This document shows positions 1 to 13,699 of a DNA stretch of 64,000 nt, piece by piece. Position numbers and translations under genes: made by a program. The notes beneath the pieces are model-generated. The model was not told the DNA's origin and did not search any database. It saw only the letters and a program-made list of their open reading frames with translations. How positions within the stretch are numbered: position 1 is the first letter of the stretch; the number at the start of each line of letters is the position of its first letter. Source of the DNA: Octopus bimaculoides (lineage: Eukaryota); contig NC_068991.1 of assembly GCF_001194135.2 (NCBI RefSeq), positions 8,008,141-8,072,140 of the forward strand, written 5' to 3'.

Positions 1-1243
1 ATAAGTCACTGGCATATTTTTGGATATTTGAGCATGTTTATTAAAGGTGGAGTCTTTATCAATGAAAGATTATTTCTGTCTGGTAAGAATTTAAAGAGCA
101 GAATTTTCCTTTACTCTAATTCCGTTGAGACTTACACAGATGCATGTTCGAATCATTTGAAATGCAGGATACATGGTGGTGGTCGTCTATAACCTAAAGG
201 TTTAGCTTTAAACCGAAAGTGAACACACGCTTTTGTACGAATGTTTTTCAGCAACAGAGAATGGTTATTTGATAAATATAATCTTTATTTTATTTTCTTT
301 CCATTATCGATTAGCAGAAAATATTATAAATGATTTCATTGGTGTATATCATATTCAATGGTGAAATATGATTGTGCTGGTAGCTATTTATAGTAAGAGA
401 GTGTTTTAATTATTCATTATCTTGAGAGAATTTTTTTTTTATATATGTTATTACCACAGTTCGAAATATTTTATGAATTTCTATACTTGCGTGACTTTTT
501 TCTTTATTCATTTGATACCTCTTAGACTAGCCTTTGTGAGCAAGTATTATAATTCACCTCAAGTCAGCAACACAAGGCTTGTTGAATCACCAGGAGACCT
601 TCTATATAGTAGCTCAACACACTAGAAATAGCAACCAACTCTTCCTTAGAATACAGCTTACTGTCTTAAGGAAAGAACGTATTAGATCATGTGAGTTTGA
701 TCTTGCTAAATATTACTACATACTAGTCTCAGGAGATGGTCATGGCCGGATTACCTTTGATTATTAGTTCTGTTGAAGACAACATTAGGCTTGTATTAAG
801 CTCTATATACATCCCGGCAACTATTCACTCATTGTGCCTTATTTTAGATCTTATACAGTATGGCTGTGCTGTAAGAAGTTTACTTCCCAACCACATGGTT
901 CTAGGTTCAATCCCACTGCCTGGCATCTTGGGCAAGTGTCTTCTACTATAGCCCCAGGCCAACCAAAACGAAGTCTTGGGAGTGGATTTGGTAGATGGAA
1001 ACTGAAGAAAGCCCATCATGTGTGTGTGTGTGTGTGTGTGTGAACATGTTTCTGTCTCTTGGTCTTGTCATCATGTAATAGTTATAAATGATTCTTGCTG
1101 TCATGCAAATGGTGTCATTCGTTCTGAATATTCTACAAGAACATGTCTAGCCATGAGGAAGTATTTACCTTGCTTTGAAACAAGTGTGGGTTGGTAATTG
1201 GCATCCAACCTATGCATGCATGGAAAAATGGATATTTAAATAA

Positions 1244-1284
<41 letters not shown>

Positions 1285-1287
1285 CAT

Positions 1288-1320
<33 letters not shown>

Positions 1321-1339
1321 CATACATATAGAGATATAC

Positions 1340-1370
<31 letters not shown>

Positions 1371-1468
1371 GATAGATAGATAGATTGATATACATATACA
1401 CACACACACACATGTATGTATGTATGTATATATGTATATATGTATGTATGTATATATATATATGTATG

Positions 1469-1515
<47 letters not shown>

Positions 1516-2380
1516 CCTTGTTTATACTTCCACTACTCTTACACTTAATTAGTGGTCTTTGACTTGGTTACTTCTTATAGGATTGCCTTTCAGCAACTTC
1601 CTATCCTTAGTCACATCCCAATCTTAAATACTTTAGATTTTCCTTTTCCTACTACTGCTATTCTCATTTCTCATCCCCAAATATGTAAAAAGAAAAAGAA
1701 AGAAATCCATTATACATTTTCATGTTTTGTTAATTCTTCTTGAATCTTCCTTCTTCTTTATCCTCATCGTCATGTTATCGCTTTCACATGGGTCGTTTGG
1801 AATTTGTTGAGGCAGATTTTCTGCAGCTCGATGCTCTTCCAGTCACCAACCCTCACCTGTTTCCAAGGGAGGTAATATTTTCCCATGACTCGACACATTT
1901 TAATGGAAGTTGGGAATGGATGATACTGCTTGTATGAATAGTGAGACCCATTTACAGCTATCTCGTGATACGAAGAGAAGGAGACATTCACCCACACATA
2001 CAGACAGATATGACGGACTTTTTTCTTTTAGTCTACTAAATTCATTCTCTTAGCTTTGATCAGGCCTGGGTTATAATGGAAAATACTCAAGTATCTTCCA
2101 CTTACAGTCTAGGGCCAACCAAAGCTTAGCGAATGCATTTGGTTGACTGAAGCTGAAGGAAGCCATGCAGTGGGATTGAACCTGAAACCATGTTGTCGGG
2201 AGGCAAATTCTGCTTATGTTTTTTTTTTCTTTTTTGGACTACGGCCATTCTGGAGTACTATTTTGAATGAATTAACCCCAATCCTTATTTTTCTAAGCAT
2301 GTTACTTATTCTATTGCTTTCTTTTGATGAACTGCTAAGTTATGGGGGATGTAAACACACCGTCACCAGTTGTCAAGTGG

Positions 2381-2675
2381 CAAGGGCGAATGGAGTTATG
2401 TGTTATGGGCATGTGTTGAGGAGGGATGAAGAGCATGTTCTGAGGAGGGTAATTGCGTTTGAGGTAAATGGAGCACGAAGGTGAGGTCGACTGAGGAAAA
2501 GGTGGAGGGGACAGGTGAAGGAGGAGATTGTGAGGGTTGGTTTGAGAAAGGAGGACGCCCAATACTGGGCAAGATGGCGAGATGGTGTGAGGGCGGTTGC
2601 TATGGCTTTGAGGTAGATCTGGCCACCCCTGTTAATGGGGACAAAACCCGGATTTAAAACACTGGATGATGATGA
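2381..2675 (+). mobile_element. RTE-type LINE ORF2 C-terminus and 3' UTR, 5'-truncated and decayed
   Basis: Translation CYGHVLRRDEEHVLRRVIAFEVNGARR*GRLRKRWRGQVKEEIVRVGLRKEDAQYWARWRDGVRAVA fits the RTE 'WYGHV.R...G.R.RGRP.K.W' signature. It ends in (gat)n. Confidence 0.8.
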
Positions 2676-3689
2676 TAATAGTGGTAGTGGGAGATAAACA
2701 CATGTACACACACACAATGGGCTTCTTTCAGTTTCCATCTACCAAAGCTATAGTAGCAGACACTTGGCCCAAGGTGCCCTGCAGTGGAACTGAACCTGGA
2801 ACCATGTAGTTGGGGTGTAAACCTCTTACCAAACAGCCATGCTTACCAAGTAATTGGCATACAGTTTACACAACCAAGTAATCAACATATGTTTTACTAA
2901 TTATATAGTTGTTAATAAAGTTATTTAATTGGTTTGTGAATTTATCATTCCATAACTTAACCTCCCTCATTTCCCAAGCTTTGTGTCGCAATCAAAAGCA
3001 CACATTTCTTGCTATTAAAGTTTAGTGTTTCTGCAATTCTAATAATTCCATTACCAGAGCAGCCTCGCTTAGAAGCCTGAGTTAATGAGAGAGTCTTTAT
3101 GTGACCAGTTGACCTGCTAGAAACCACAGCCAAATCTCCTTGCTGTCTTTAGAAAATGAGAGATATTGAATAATGTAGCCTGGATATGAGAAGGTGTGTA
3201 GCTTAGTGGCTCTTCTACAGAGAGAATAGACAAGGGGAGAAAAACTGAGAGAAAAAAGAACAAATGTATCTCAAATAGATGGGCTTCTTTTAGTTTCCAC
3301 CTATCAAATCCACTCCCAATGGTTTGGTTAGCCCTGGCTACGGCTATAGTAGAAGACATTTACCCATGGTACTATGCAGTGGGACTGAACCCAATGTCCC
3401 ATGGTTGAGACACAATTGTTTTTAAACACAGATCAACTGTCCTATTTCTTTATATTGAGTCAGGGCACTTATCACATTTGATATGATAGTGATACTCTTG
3501 ATCCAGTTGAGATTTCTCAACATACATACATTGTGCATTATCTGTACTAGTTGCTCTATCTGCATGTAGTGCAAAGTTCTGACTTGCTGTTCTCCTTTAT
3601 CCTCTGTGCATTTGTCTGAACAAGTCCAAACTGTGCAATAACAACTCTTTCAGTCTTTAGCTTATCTGAGTTGAAACTTTTCTTATTTA

Positions 3690-3830
3690 CATTCGACGGA
3701 TATCTGTCCTCATCTTGTTTGTTGTTAACACAACATTTTGGCTGATATACTCTCCAGCCTTCATCAGGTGTCTTGGGGGAAATTTCGAACCTGGGTTCTC
3801 ATTCCTAAGGTATTTTTCGATGTCCTCCTC
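3690..3830 (-). mobile_element. Penelope-like terminal repeat fragment containing a decayed minimal hammerhead
   Basis: Minus strand aagacac-CTGATGA-aggctg..cagcc-aAAAtGTT-gtgtt; see findings. Confidence 0.6.
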
Positions 3831-4085
3831 CTCCTCCTCTGAATTAGTAAAATTAACAATTTATTTTTCTGAAGACAGATGCGCATCAAATGTTGTTATG
3901 CTCTTTCATTTCACTTTTGGTACTAAAAAAAACCCTTCGTCCCTGGCATAGAGAATCCTTGGTAGGTTTGTTTCACTGATATTTTCTCTTCCTCCATTCT
4001 CAGCCACCACACATCTCAGTGTCTTTCCCTTCTAAATCTTACTGTTAGGCTTTGAAGTACACAGAGTTTGAGCAGAAAGTTACTT

Positions 4086-4396
4086 GAGAACAATGTTGTT
4101 GGTCAGCTGTTGTGAGCTCCTTGAGCCAAGATTTAGTTGAGATCAATGTTGTTGGTCAGCTCTATTGTGAGTAGAGCTCATTGAACAGAGGTTTAGTTGA
4201 GATCAGTGTTGTTGATCAGTTCTTTAGTGAGCAGAGCTCCTTGAGCAGGGATTTGGTTGAATGAATGTTATTGATCAGCTCTGTTGTAAGTGGAGCTCCT
4301 TGAGCAAAGAGTTAGTTGAGATCAATGTTGATTAGCTATTGTGAGTAGAGCACTTTGAGCCGAGACTTAGTGGAGATCAATGTTGTTGATCAGCCG
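4086..4396. repeat. Minisatellite with a ~60-bp unit, about 5.4 copies
   Basis: Units start at 4086, 4139, 4199, 4259, 4318 and 4373; consensus gagatcaatgttgttgatcagctct.ttgtgagtagagctccttgagc.gagatttagtt. Confidence 0.92.
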
Positions 4397-5342
4397 TGTG
4401 ATGATACTCCTCAATTAACTTCTGATCCAGTTTCATTGATCACATCAGTAGTTCTTATTCATCCTCATATAATTTTGTCTACCCTATTAAACTTCTAACC
4501 ATTAGGTCTGTCTCGGATTAGACAAATTAAGGTAGAGATAAGCAAACTTTACATCAGTTCAAATATGTAAGTGACATATTTGATCTGTAAAATGGTATTT
4601 TCACTGCGATTTGCCATGGAGAGATATTTTCACTTAAGGCAATGGGTTAGGTGGTACTCTGAACTGACTTTGGTGTGCTTATACCTTTTACCTTAAGTGA
4701 GAATTTTTCTTTGTAGCAAATTACAATGAAAATGCTTTTCAGCAGGTTGAATATACCTCAGACTACTGATTTAAAGTTTACTGTTTGTTTTACCCCATTG
4801 CTTTATGTGCCAGCAATATATAAGGTAAAAACTAAAAGCAGTATTTCTTCCAACTTCACACTCTGAGTTCAAATGCTGTGAAAGCCAACTCTGCCTTTCG
4901 TCCTTCTGGGGTCAATAAAATAAGTAGCAGTCGGCCTTATGCCAAAATGCAAAACCAATATATAAGGTAGAGACATTCTTATTCCTAGATACATTTTTGT
5001 CTTTGGAATTTGATATTCCTCGCCTTAATTCAATTTAAAAATATTTGCGATATCTGTCTTTTCTCTTATTTTATCCTCTTTCCTCTCTCTCTTTCTTTGA
5101 TTTTATATTCCTTCTTCCTCCTTCTCCTCATTCTTTTCCTCCCCCTTTTCTTTTGTCTTTTTTTTTGTTCTTCATTTTCTTCCTCTACATATTATTATTA
5201 CTTAGTCTATTATTTCCTCTATATCATCTTAGCAAAAGCTTTGCTTTTTTTTTTGTTTTTTTTTATTCCTCTTATTCTAAATGGTGTGTTTTAACCAACC
5301 TTATCTCTCCGCTCCATTTAGAGTAAGCCGTTTCTTTTGATT

Positions 5343-5374
<32 letters not shown>

Positions 5375-5479
5375 CTCTCTTTTTGTTAATAATCTCCTTT
5401 ACACAATGGAGTTATTCCTGATGCACTCAAATGAGAAGTTTTGCCTCCCAAATGATTCCATTAGACCAATTGTTCTTTT

Positions 5480-5842
5480 GTCGTCATCGTCATCATCATC
5501 ATCATCACCATCATTGTCAGCATTTTCTTCATCATTGTCTTCATCATCACCATCATCGTCATCATCATCATTGTCAGAATTTTCAACATCATCATTTTGT
5601 CATTATCATTATCTTCATCATCATCATTGACATCATCCTCATAATCATCATCACTGTAATCATTATCATCAGCATCATCCTCACCATCATCATTATCATT
5701 GTCTGTGTCTCATCATCATAATTATCATTATCGTCATCATCATTATCTTCATCACCAGCATCATCATTGCCATTATCTTCATCATATCATTGTCATCATC
5801 TTCATAATGGTAATCATCAGCATCATCATAATCATCGTCAGT

Positions 5843-5895
<53 letters not shown>

Positions 5896-5940
5896 CTTCG
5901 TTGTTGTCGTCTATCTTCATCATCGTCATTTTGTCATTGC
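5480..5940. repeat. Long degenerate (CAT)n microsatellite
   Basis: Interrupted cat/tat/cgt triplets with a pure (cat)n core at about 5845-5890. Confidence 0.95.
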
Positions 5941-6337
5941 TATTATTTTCATTTCCATAAGACAGTGTTATTTTGTGACACAGTCGATAGCAGTCTAGTC
6001 TAGTCTAGCCTAGATTAGATAAATGCTTTCCTGTTATCTCTTGTTCTGAATTTAATTCTTGGTTAAAAAGACTTGATAAAATATATACAGTAATGTCTCA
6101 ATATGTGAGTTAACTTGTTCCCAAGACCCCCTCATAAAGCGCAAACTCGGTAAAGAAGAGCAAGAATTTTCCATAGTAGTAATGTTATAAATCATAATTT
6201 GTTCCCAGAAGAATATTTTACCTCTAAAATTTGTAATACTCACAAATAAATGGCAATGAAACAACAGCAGAATGTAAAGGATATTTTATGTAAAGTAAAT
6301 GTAATTGTTTTCTGAATCACTTTCATTTGCACTAGAC

Positions 6338-6545
6338 CTGTGTTTCTCAACCTTTTTACCCTTTCGTAACCCTTAAAATAAATTACATCTATCAAAGAAC
6401 CCCTGCACAAAAAGATTATATATCTTTCTATATCTTTCTCATACTTTTTCCATCGTAGTTCATGTGGTAAATATCATATANNNNNNNNNNTCCTCCTCCT
6501 CCTAAAGACCAGAAAAGAGAAAAAAAAAAAGGTTGGGAAAAATAA
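6338..6545. mobile_element. Possible hAT-like MITE, decayed and spanning a gap
   Basis: ctgtgtttctcaacc on the left and ggttgggaaaaat on the right resemble CAGTGTTTCTCAACC-type TIRs. Confidence 0.35.
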
Positions 6546-6645
6546 AGAAACAAATAAAAAACAAGATGGGATAGTCAGAGCTAGAGTACTCATGAACAAA
6601 GATCTGTTGAAGCAGGAAGCTGAACCTAAGCATAAAGCAATTGTA

Positions 6646-6990
6646 ATCTCTTACTTGTTTCAGTCATTAGACTGCGGTCATGCTAGGGCACTGCCTTGAA
6701 GAATTTTCAATCAAATGAACCTATCCCAGTACATAATTTCTTTTTTAGGCCTGGTCCTTATTTTATCAGTTACTTTCGCCAAACTGCTAAGTTACAGGAA
6801 TGTAAACACACCAACACCTGTTTTCAAATATATATACGACGGGCTTCTATCAGTTTCCATTTACCAAATCCACTCACAAAACTATGGTCAGTCTGAGGCT
6901 ATAGCAGTAGACATTTGTCCAAGGTGCCAGGCAGTGCGACTGAACCCAGAACCATGTGGTTGGGAAGCAAACTTCTTACCACATGGCCAT
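6646..6990 (-). mobile_element. SINE family A copy
   Basis: Collinear with 17391-17794 from ttacttgtttcagtcat to cttaccacatggcc. Confidence 0.85.
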
Positions 6991-7805
6991 ATTTATATTT
7001 CCATATTGTATTTTTTGTTTTCATGCTACAATTATGAGTTAGATAAGAATACCAAAATGTGAATGCTGTGTAGAGGTGTGGTACGTGCTTCTCTGTATGT
7101 GTGATAGGAATGAAGAAGGTTTCCCTTTTGTGAATGAATGCCCTTCAAGTGGGTTATATTTTGAGTACAGATTCTTGGGTAAAAAGTTTGTATCTTAANN
7201 NNNNNNNNNNNNNNNNNNNNNNNNNNNNNNNNNNNNNNNNNNNNNNNNNNNNNNNNNNNNNNNNNNNNNNNNNNNNNNNNNNNNNNNNNNNNNNNNNNNN
7301 NNNNNNNNNNNNNNNNNNNNNNNNNNNNNNNNNNNNNNNNNNNNNNNNNNNNNNNNNNNNNNNNNNNNNNNNNNNNNNNNNNNNNNNNNNNNNNNNNNNN
7401 NNNNNNNNNNNNNNNNNNNNNNNNNNNNNNNNNNNNNNNNNNNNNNNNNNNNNNNNNNNNNNNNNNNNNNNNNNNNNNNNNNNNNNNNNNNNNNNNNNNN
7501 NNNNNNNNNNNNNNNNNNNNNNNNNNNNNNNNNNNNNNNNNNNNNNNNNNNNNNNNNNNNNNNNNNNNNNNNNNNNNNNNNNNNNNNNNNNNNNNNNNNN
7601 NNNNNNNNNNNNNNNNNNNNNNNNNNNNNNNNNNNNNNNNNNNNNNNNNNNNNNNNNNNNNNNNNNNNNNNNNNNNNNNNNNNNNNNNNNNNNNNNNNNN
7701 NNNNNNNNNNNNNNNNNNNNNNNNNNNNNNNNNNNNNNNNNNNNNNNNNNNNNNNNNNNNNNNNNNNNNNNNNNNNNNNNNNNNNNNNNNNNNNNNNNNN
7801 NNNNN

Positions 7806-7869
<64 letters not shown>

Positions 7870-7874
7870 CCTCC

Positions 7875-8105
7875 TCTCTCAATATCACCACAAGAAAACA
7901 TCCGGGCTAGTCAAGTTTGGAGAACATGAAGGCCAGTTGACATTGCCGTAGTGGGAGATTATTCTCTCTCCAAAGCTCTGCCGTAGTAACTGCATTGTTT
8001 CTCTTGCAGTATGAGCAGTTGCCCCATCTTGCTGGAACCATGTGTGAGGTCTCCTTTGAATGGCCAGGCACAAAAAGATCTCAATCATGGATACCTGAAA
8101 CAGAA
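7875..8105 (-). pseudogene. Tc1/mariner transposase DDD-domain fragment, DD41D (rosa/Visitor-type) spacing
   Basis: WFQQDGATAHTARETMQLLRQSFGERIISHYGNVNWPSCSPNLTSPDVFLW has 41 residues between the QDG Asp and the PD Asp, followed by in-frame stops where GYLK is expected. Confidence 0.85.
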
Positions 8106-10728
8106 GGTTTACGTCAAACATTTCGCCTGGCATGCTAACATTTCTGTCAACTTGCCACCTTTATTTTGTTCTATTAACTGGTTTTGTTGGATATGTGTTG
8201 CCTTGGGGTCAGATGTCTTTTCAGGGTGCTACAGTTATTACTAATTGGTTTCAGCAGTGCCTTATATTAGAGAGGTATCGGTTTATTGAATTTGAGGGGT
8301 TTTTCTGTTGATAATACTACTTTAAGATGATTTTTTTTTTTCATTTTTCATTTCCTTTTATTATTGTAAGTTTAGTTATTTTACATTTTTTTGTTTTTAC
8401 ACGAGGGAGAAACAGGTTCAAGTAACCATTTAGGATTAAATAATGATTTGGATAAAATTACTTTTCATCGTTATCTTAAAGATGTATTGGATTTTCTTTT
8501 AATACTTGTTCGTTTAATGAGACTTATTGATATAATTGTTTTATAAATATAATGTTATTTCCATTATATTTATTACATTTATAAATATGATGTTGTTTTC
8601 ATTATATTTATTATATTTATAAATATAATTTTGTCTTCGTTATATTTATTATTACTCTTTCATTAAAGTACTTGGATACTTACAGAATGGTACTATCTGT
8701 GGGAATTTTCCACAACTAGGTGAACTATGTGAAGAGTCTGAGAATTATGAAGGATTCTGGACATTGTGCAGGCATGGTTAAAAAGCTCTCTTTGCAACCC
8801 ACATGGTTTTGGGTTCAGTTCTACTGCACAGCACCTTAGACAAGTATCTTCTGCTACAGCCATAACCTCACCTATGCTCTGTGAGTGAATTTGGTAGATG
8901 GAAACTGAAAGAAACCTGTTGTATGAAGGGTTTTGTCCTGCATGTTACTTAGTGACCTCACAGCTGTTGGGGCCACGTAAAACGCACCCAGTATACTTTG
9001 TAAGGTGGTTGGCATAAGGAAGGGCATCCAGCCATAGCAACCATGCCAAAGCAGACAACAGACAACACTTGAAGGTGATGCTCCAACATGGCCACTGTCC
9101 AGTACCTGAAACAAGTAAATGATAAAACATTTAAAAAATTGCTAGTAACTAGATGACCAGAAATCTAATAACATCTTCTCAACTTGACCAGCTGTCTGTT
9201 ATAACTTGTGAGTAAAATACATTTGTTTGCCTCAGGTCAGTAGAATTATGGTGAAACTAAGAACCATTTTCCCTTTACATTATTATGTGGTTGGAATTGG
9301 AAGACTTAGCTCACCGAGTTGATAAGATCATTTTGACCAACTGGCTGAGAGGTCAGCACCGTTCATATCCTGTCACTGACACTACGTTTATGCCTGTGAC
9401 CAAAGCACTTGACTTTTAAAATGGCACAGTCCACTTAACTTTGTGTATACCACTGTAAGTAACAAACATGCCAGTGTTTCATTATACTGCAGTGAAGAGT
9501 TGAACTCTTCCTGTTAGCATTGCTTGCCAAGGAATGAATTTAACCAAATTGACTTGCTCTACATCATAGTTTCTCAAAGTGGGTGCTATCCCCCCACCCC
9601 CTGGCTGATAAGAGTGAGTATCAGTCCTACTATATTATTGGAAAGATGGAAGGTGATGCACTGGCAGAAACATTAGCATGCTGGGCGAAATGCTTAGCGG
9701 TATTTCATCTGTCTTTATGTTCTGAGTTCAAATCCCACCGAGGTCGACTTTGCCTTTCATCCTTTCAGGGTTGATAAATTAATTACCAGTTGCGTACTGG
9801 GGTCGATCTAAGATTATTGGAAAGATGATTGTAGAGAAAAGTAGTCTGCAGCAAAAACATTTGTATCAATATTTATAAAACATTTATAAAACCTGTAAAC
9901 ATAGACACAGACATGGCTGTGTGGTCAAGCAGCTCACATTGCAACCATGTCACTTTTGGGTTCAGTCCTACTGCACAGCACACCTTGAGCAAATGTCTTC
10001 TCTATTATAGTACAAGGCTGACCAAAACCTTGAGAGTGAACTTTTGGACAGGAATTGTATGAAGGCCTGTTGTGTGTCTGTATGTGTGTATTCCCTTACT
10101 CCACCATATGGCTGCTGGTTTTGGTTTATTTGTCCTTATATCTTAGAGGTTTACCAAAAAAAAAAAAAACCGAAAAAGCAATTGAATAACCACTAGATTT
10201 AGAAAAGAAAGGGAAGTAGTGGGGTTGATCTTTTCATCCAAAACCCTTCAATGTGGTGCCTCAGCATGGCCAGAGTCCAGTAACTGAAACAAGTAAAAAA
10301 ATAAAAGATAAAGATTTTATAAGGTAGTTTATCATTTGTCAAAAGCTAATTATTTAACGATTTGTAAGTTCCAGAATATTCTTTTCATCTTAAGAGGTTT
10401 GTAAACTATAACCTAAATTGCTGCTGGAAACACTAAATATGTTTGGTTATCTACCAAGTTATAAATAGCACCGCTGATAACAAATTTCAGGAAAGTATAT
10501 AAGTGATATAAAATTGTAGTTCGTGTAGTTAGTTGCGAGAACATGACAGAAAATTCTTGTCAAACAGAATGTAAATTTTTATTAATCTGCAAACATTCCG
10601 TTTGTGGAACACTGAGTTTTACTGATAAGATGTTGGCAAAGTAAGAGAATACAGACATGTTATGGTGTAAAAACTATCTAAAATCGTGTCTATATAAAAA
10701 GAAAACACCTAAATGATGATAGCAATTC

Positions 10729-10761
<33 letters not shown>

Positions 10762-10900
10762 GTTTCGTGTCTGTTTTCCTTACTGGCATGGGTTGGATGG
10801 TTTGAGAAGCTCTGGCCAGCCAGAGGGCTGTACTATGGCTCTGTTGTCTGTTTTGGCATGGTTTCTATGACTGGATGTCTTTCCTAATGCCAACCACTTA

Positions 10901-11165
10901 GCAAGGGCAGAGGTATTGTTTTCGGTCATGTTTGTTTATCCATAAACAAGACATTTCAAGAACTGCTGGATGGATTCGGATGAAACTTTCAGGGATGTTT
11001 GGCCTTGTGACTTAATCTTTGAGAGTGGTTGGGTTCATTTTTAGTATTCTTGTTTGTGAGAGCAGTCAAGTTTATTTCAGATATTTTCATTTTAAAAATG
11101 ATCTCTTGTTCAGTGGATGTTGGTATTGCCTTGGCGGAGGTTTGCTTTCTCTGAGTGCTCTTGTT
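10901..11165 (+). mobile_element. Non-autonomous Helentron/HINE-like element
   Basis: gcagaggtattgttttcggtc...ctggatggattcggatgaaactttcaggg...ccttggcggaggtttgctttctctgagtgctcttgtt follows the recalled HINE layout: sub-terminal ccttggcggagg, then a short 3' hairpin. Confidence 0.55.
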
Positions 11166-13699
11166 CATATCTGAATTATTATAAATGTTCGCCGATGTAA
11201 ACTTTGTCTTTCATCCTTTCAAGGTTAATGAAATAAGAAACAATCAAGTCCTGGGGTCAATAAAATTGACAAAATTTACTTTATTGGTTGAATTTTACAA
11301 TAATCTTTGAAGTTTTTCAAATCGTATATAACTCAAAATTATAAAATTGACAAAAAAGAAAAAAGAAAAAAAAGAAGCAAAATTGCGATTGATCAATATA
11401 GTTTGATAAATGACTTCAATGTAAACTAATTTTATTAAACAGTTTTTAGAAACCAGAACTTAGAACCAAATATTTAACTGGCTTATTTCTACCTTGCTAC
11501 TTCTCAAGAAAATAATATAATGTTTTTATACATCGTAGAGATATGGCCAATAAATCGTTAAAAGAGAAATGGTTCAATGGACAGAGAAGACAGAGAATTC
11601 AATGAGTTTGTGAATTTGGGGATAGTCCTTTTTTTTGTTATCCACCCCACCCCCAGCTAATAAGGCATGAATGGTTCAATAAATTTGTTGGAATATTTCT
11701 TTCATGGTTGAATGATCTTCATGTCTCTTCTATTCCGCATTAAAGTTGCACTTGTATACAGATACACAGAATAGCACGTGCCATTGGGTGTACAATGAAA
11801 TGCCACATTGCTTGCGAAAGAAAAACAAGGAATTGATCAGGACAAAAGCTACGTGTTTAGAAATTTAGAATTGTCTCTAAAATAATTGATGAAATATTGA
11901 GAAAACGGAGCATATGGTATTGAAGTGTATCCTGATAATTTTAAGGAATTCAATAGCTGAATGCTCAAGATGCTTGCTCAATTTTATGCTCCTCAGTTTG
12001 AGTGTGCATGAGAGAATTACTTTCTTCACTTGATATTATCACCAAGTTGAATGAATGCATATGATTGGGCTAGAATAATCTGATTAATTCAAGCAGTAGT
12101 AATTTTGTGATATGAGGACTAGGTGTGGCTGTGTGGCTAAGAAGCTTGCTTCCCAGTTATGTGGTCTTGGGTTCAGTCCCACTGTGCATTACCTTGGGCA
12201 AATGTTTTCTGCTATAGCCCTAGGCTGACCAAAACATTATGAGTGGATTTGATAGATGGAAGCTGAAGTAAGCCTTGATGGTTATAAATGAACATCATCA
12301 TCATACAACTGACGTTTGTCTCCAGTCTTTTGAAAAGAAAAAAAAGAAGCCTAGACATGAGGAATATTACCTTGCTTGGAAACAGGTGACTGTTGGCAAC
12401 AGGAAGAGCATGCTGCCATAAAAAATTCACCTCGATAAATTCCATCTGACCCATGCCAGCATAGAAAAGTGGACGTTAAACTGATGATACTGATGATGAA
12501 ATATAATACAAAAATAGTCAACATTACAGATATTTTCCCTTTTTTTCCCCCATTATACTTGTCGAGTGGTCAAGATTTTCCTATGATTTCAAGTTTTGTG
12601 ATTTTGTTTTCTTAGTAGTTTCTCAGTTAGTCTGTCCATTGTCTGGTGAGTAAGTCAGTTACTTGACTTTCCATTATTAAGGATAATCAATGAGTGATTA
12701 ACTCTGTTGACTTCTAAATGGAACAAATAAGTCCAGCTTCTCTTCTAGATGCACTGTAATGTTGAACCTAGCACCACAAGTTTACCAGGCTACTTGTCAG
12801 TTTTACAATGCTGTGTCTATCTACAGTAGTAAGATGTTTCTATGCTGCATGGAAGTACCTATTGATACCTAGGTTGACTAGGCCAGCTGAAAGTTAAAAG
12901 TGTCTTGGCCACAGACACAATACAGTCATAGCTTATGAACCACCAGCTTCTTAGCTGGTTGTCCTGTACTTTCTCAACTCAGCCGTCTGTAATTTCACTT
13001 GTGACACATTAACTCTTTCGATACAAACCCATGTGAGACTGCCTTTGGTTTTATGATACAGACTTCCTGTTTTCAAGTGATCTAAATTAAAGCCTCCCAT
13101 TAATATTTTGTATTATGTTCCAAATACCAGCTTAATGTTTGACAAAGTTATTTTGCTAAATTCTTCATTATTTTTAAACATTAATTGAAACAAAGGCAGT
13201 GTATTTCAAGAGAAATCCTGCAACAAATGGTTGAAATAGCTTCAGGGAATTTAGAATGTTAAACCCTTTTGATTCCAACCTGCTTCAGACTCCCCCAGGT
13301 TCTTTGAAGCCTATTAATCCATACTCTAAAAGATATGATCTATTTTCCCTTCACTTTATCTATACACACCAAGCAAAATGAAAGTTTTCTTTTTATCTTT
13401 CATATTTATGTATGTGTTCATGAAATCAATTTTAGTGATATGAATAATATTGAAAGTTTTGCAACTGAAACAGTGCAAGCTTTCTATTAAGCATTGATCT
13501 TCTCAAAAACTATATGCATTTATTTGAACAACTGTCTCTGTTCTTACTCTCAGGATGCTTACATAATATGGCTGCATATATGTGGATCAGTCTTTCCTAC
13601 ACATCTCTGCACACAAACTGCTAACACTTCCATAATCTTGCCTTTCTTTCTTGTCAATAAAATTCCGAGCGGGATCACTGCAAGAGCAGCGGTCTCGCT

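Noticed and set aside
4086-4396. CRISPR-like array or repeat-protein coding region
   Set aside because: Contiguous diverged units with no unique spacers, eukaryotic context, and stops in all frames of the unit checked.
5010-6003. Poly-His/Ile/Asp/Ser ORFs, and the many [12 protein letters not shown] ORFs elsewhere
   Set aside because: They are translations of (CAT)n, (TA)n, (TG)n and (CT)n microsatellites, open on several frames and both strands.
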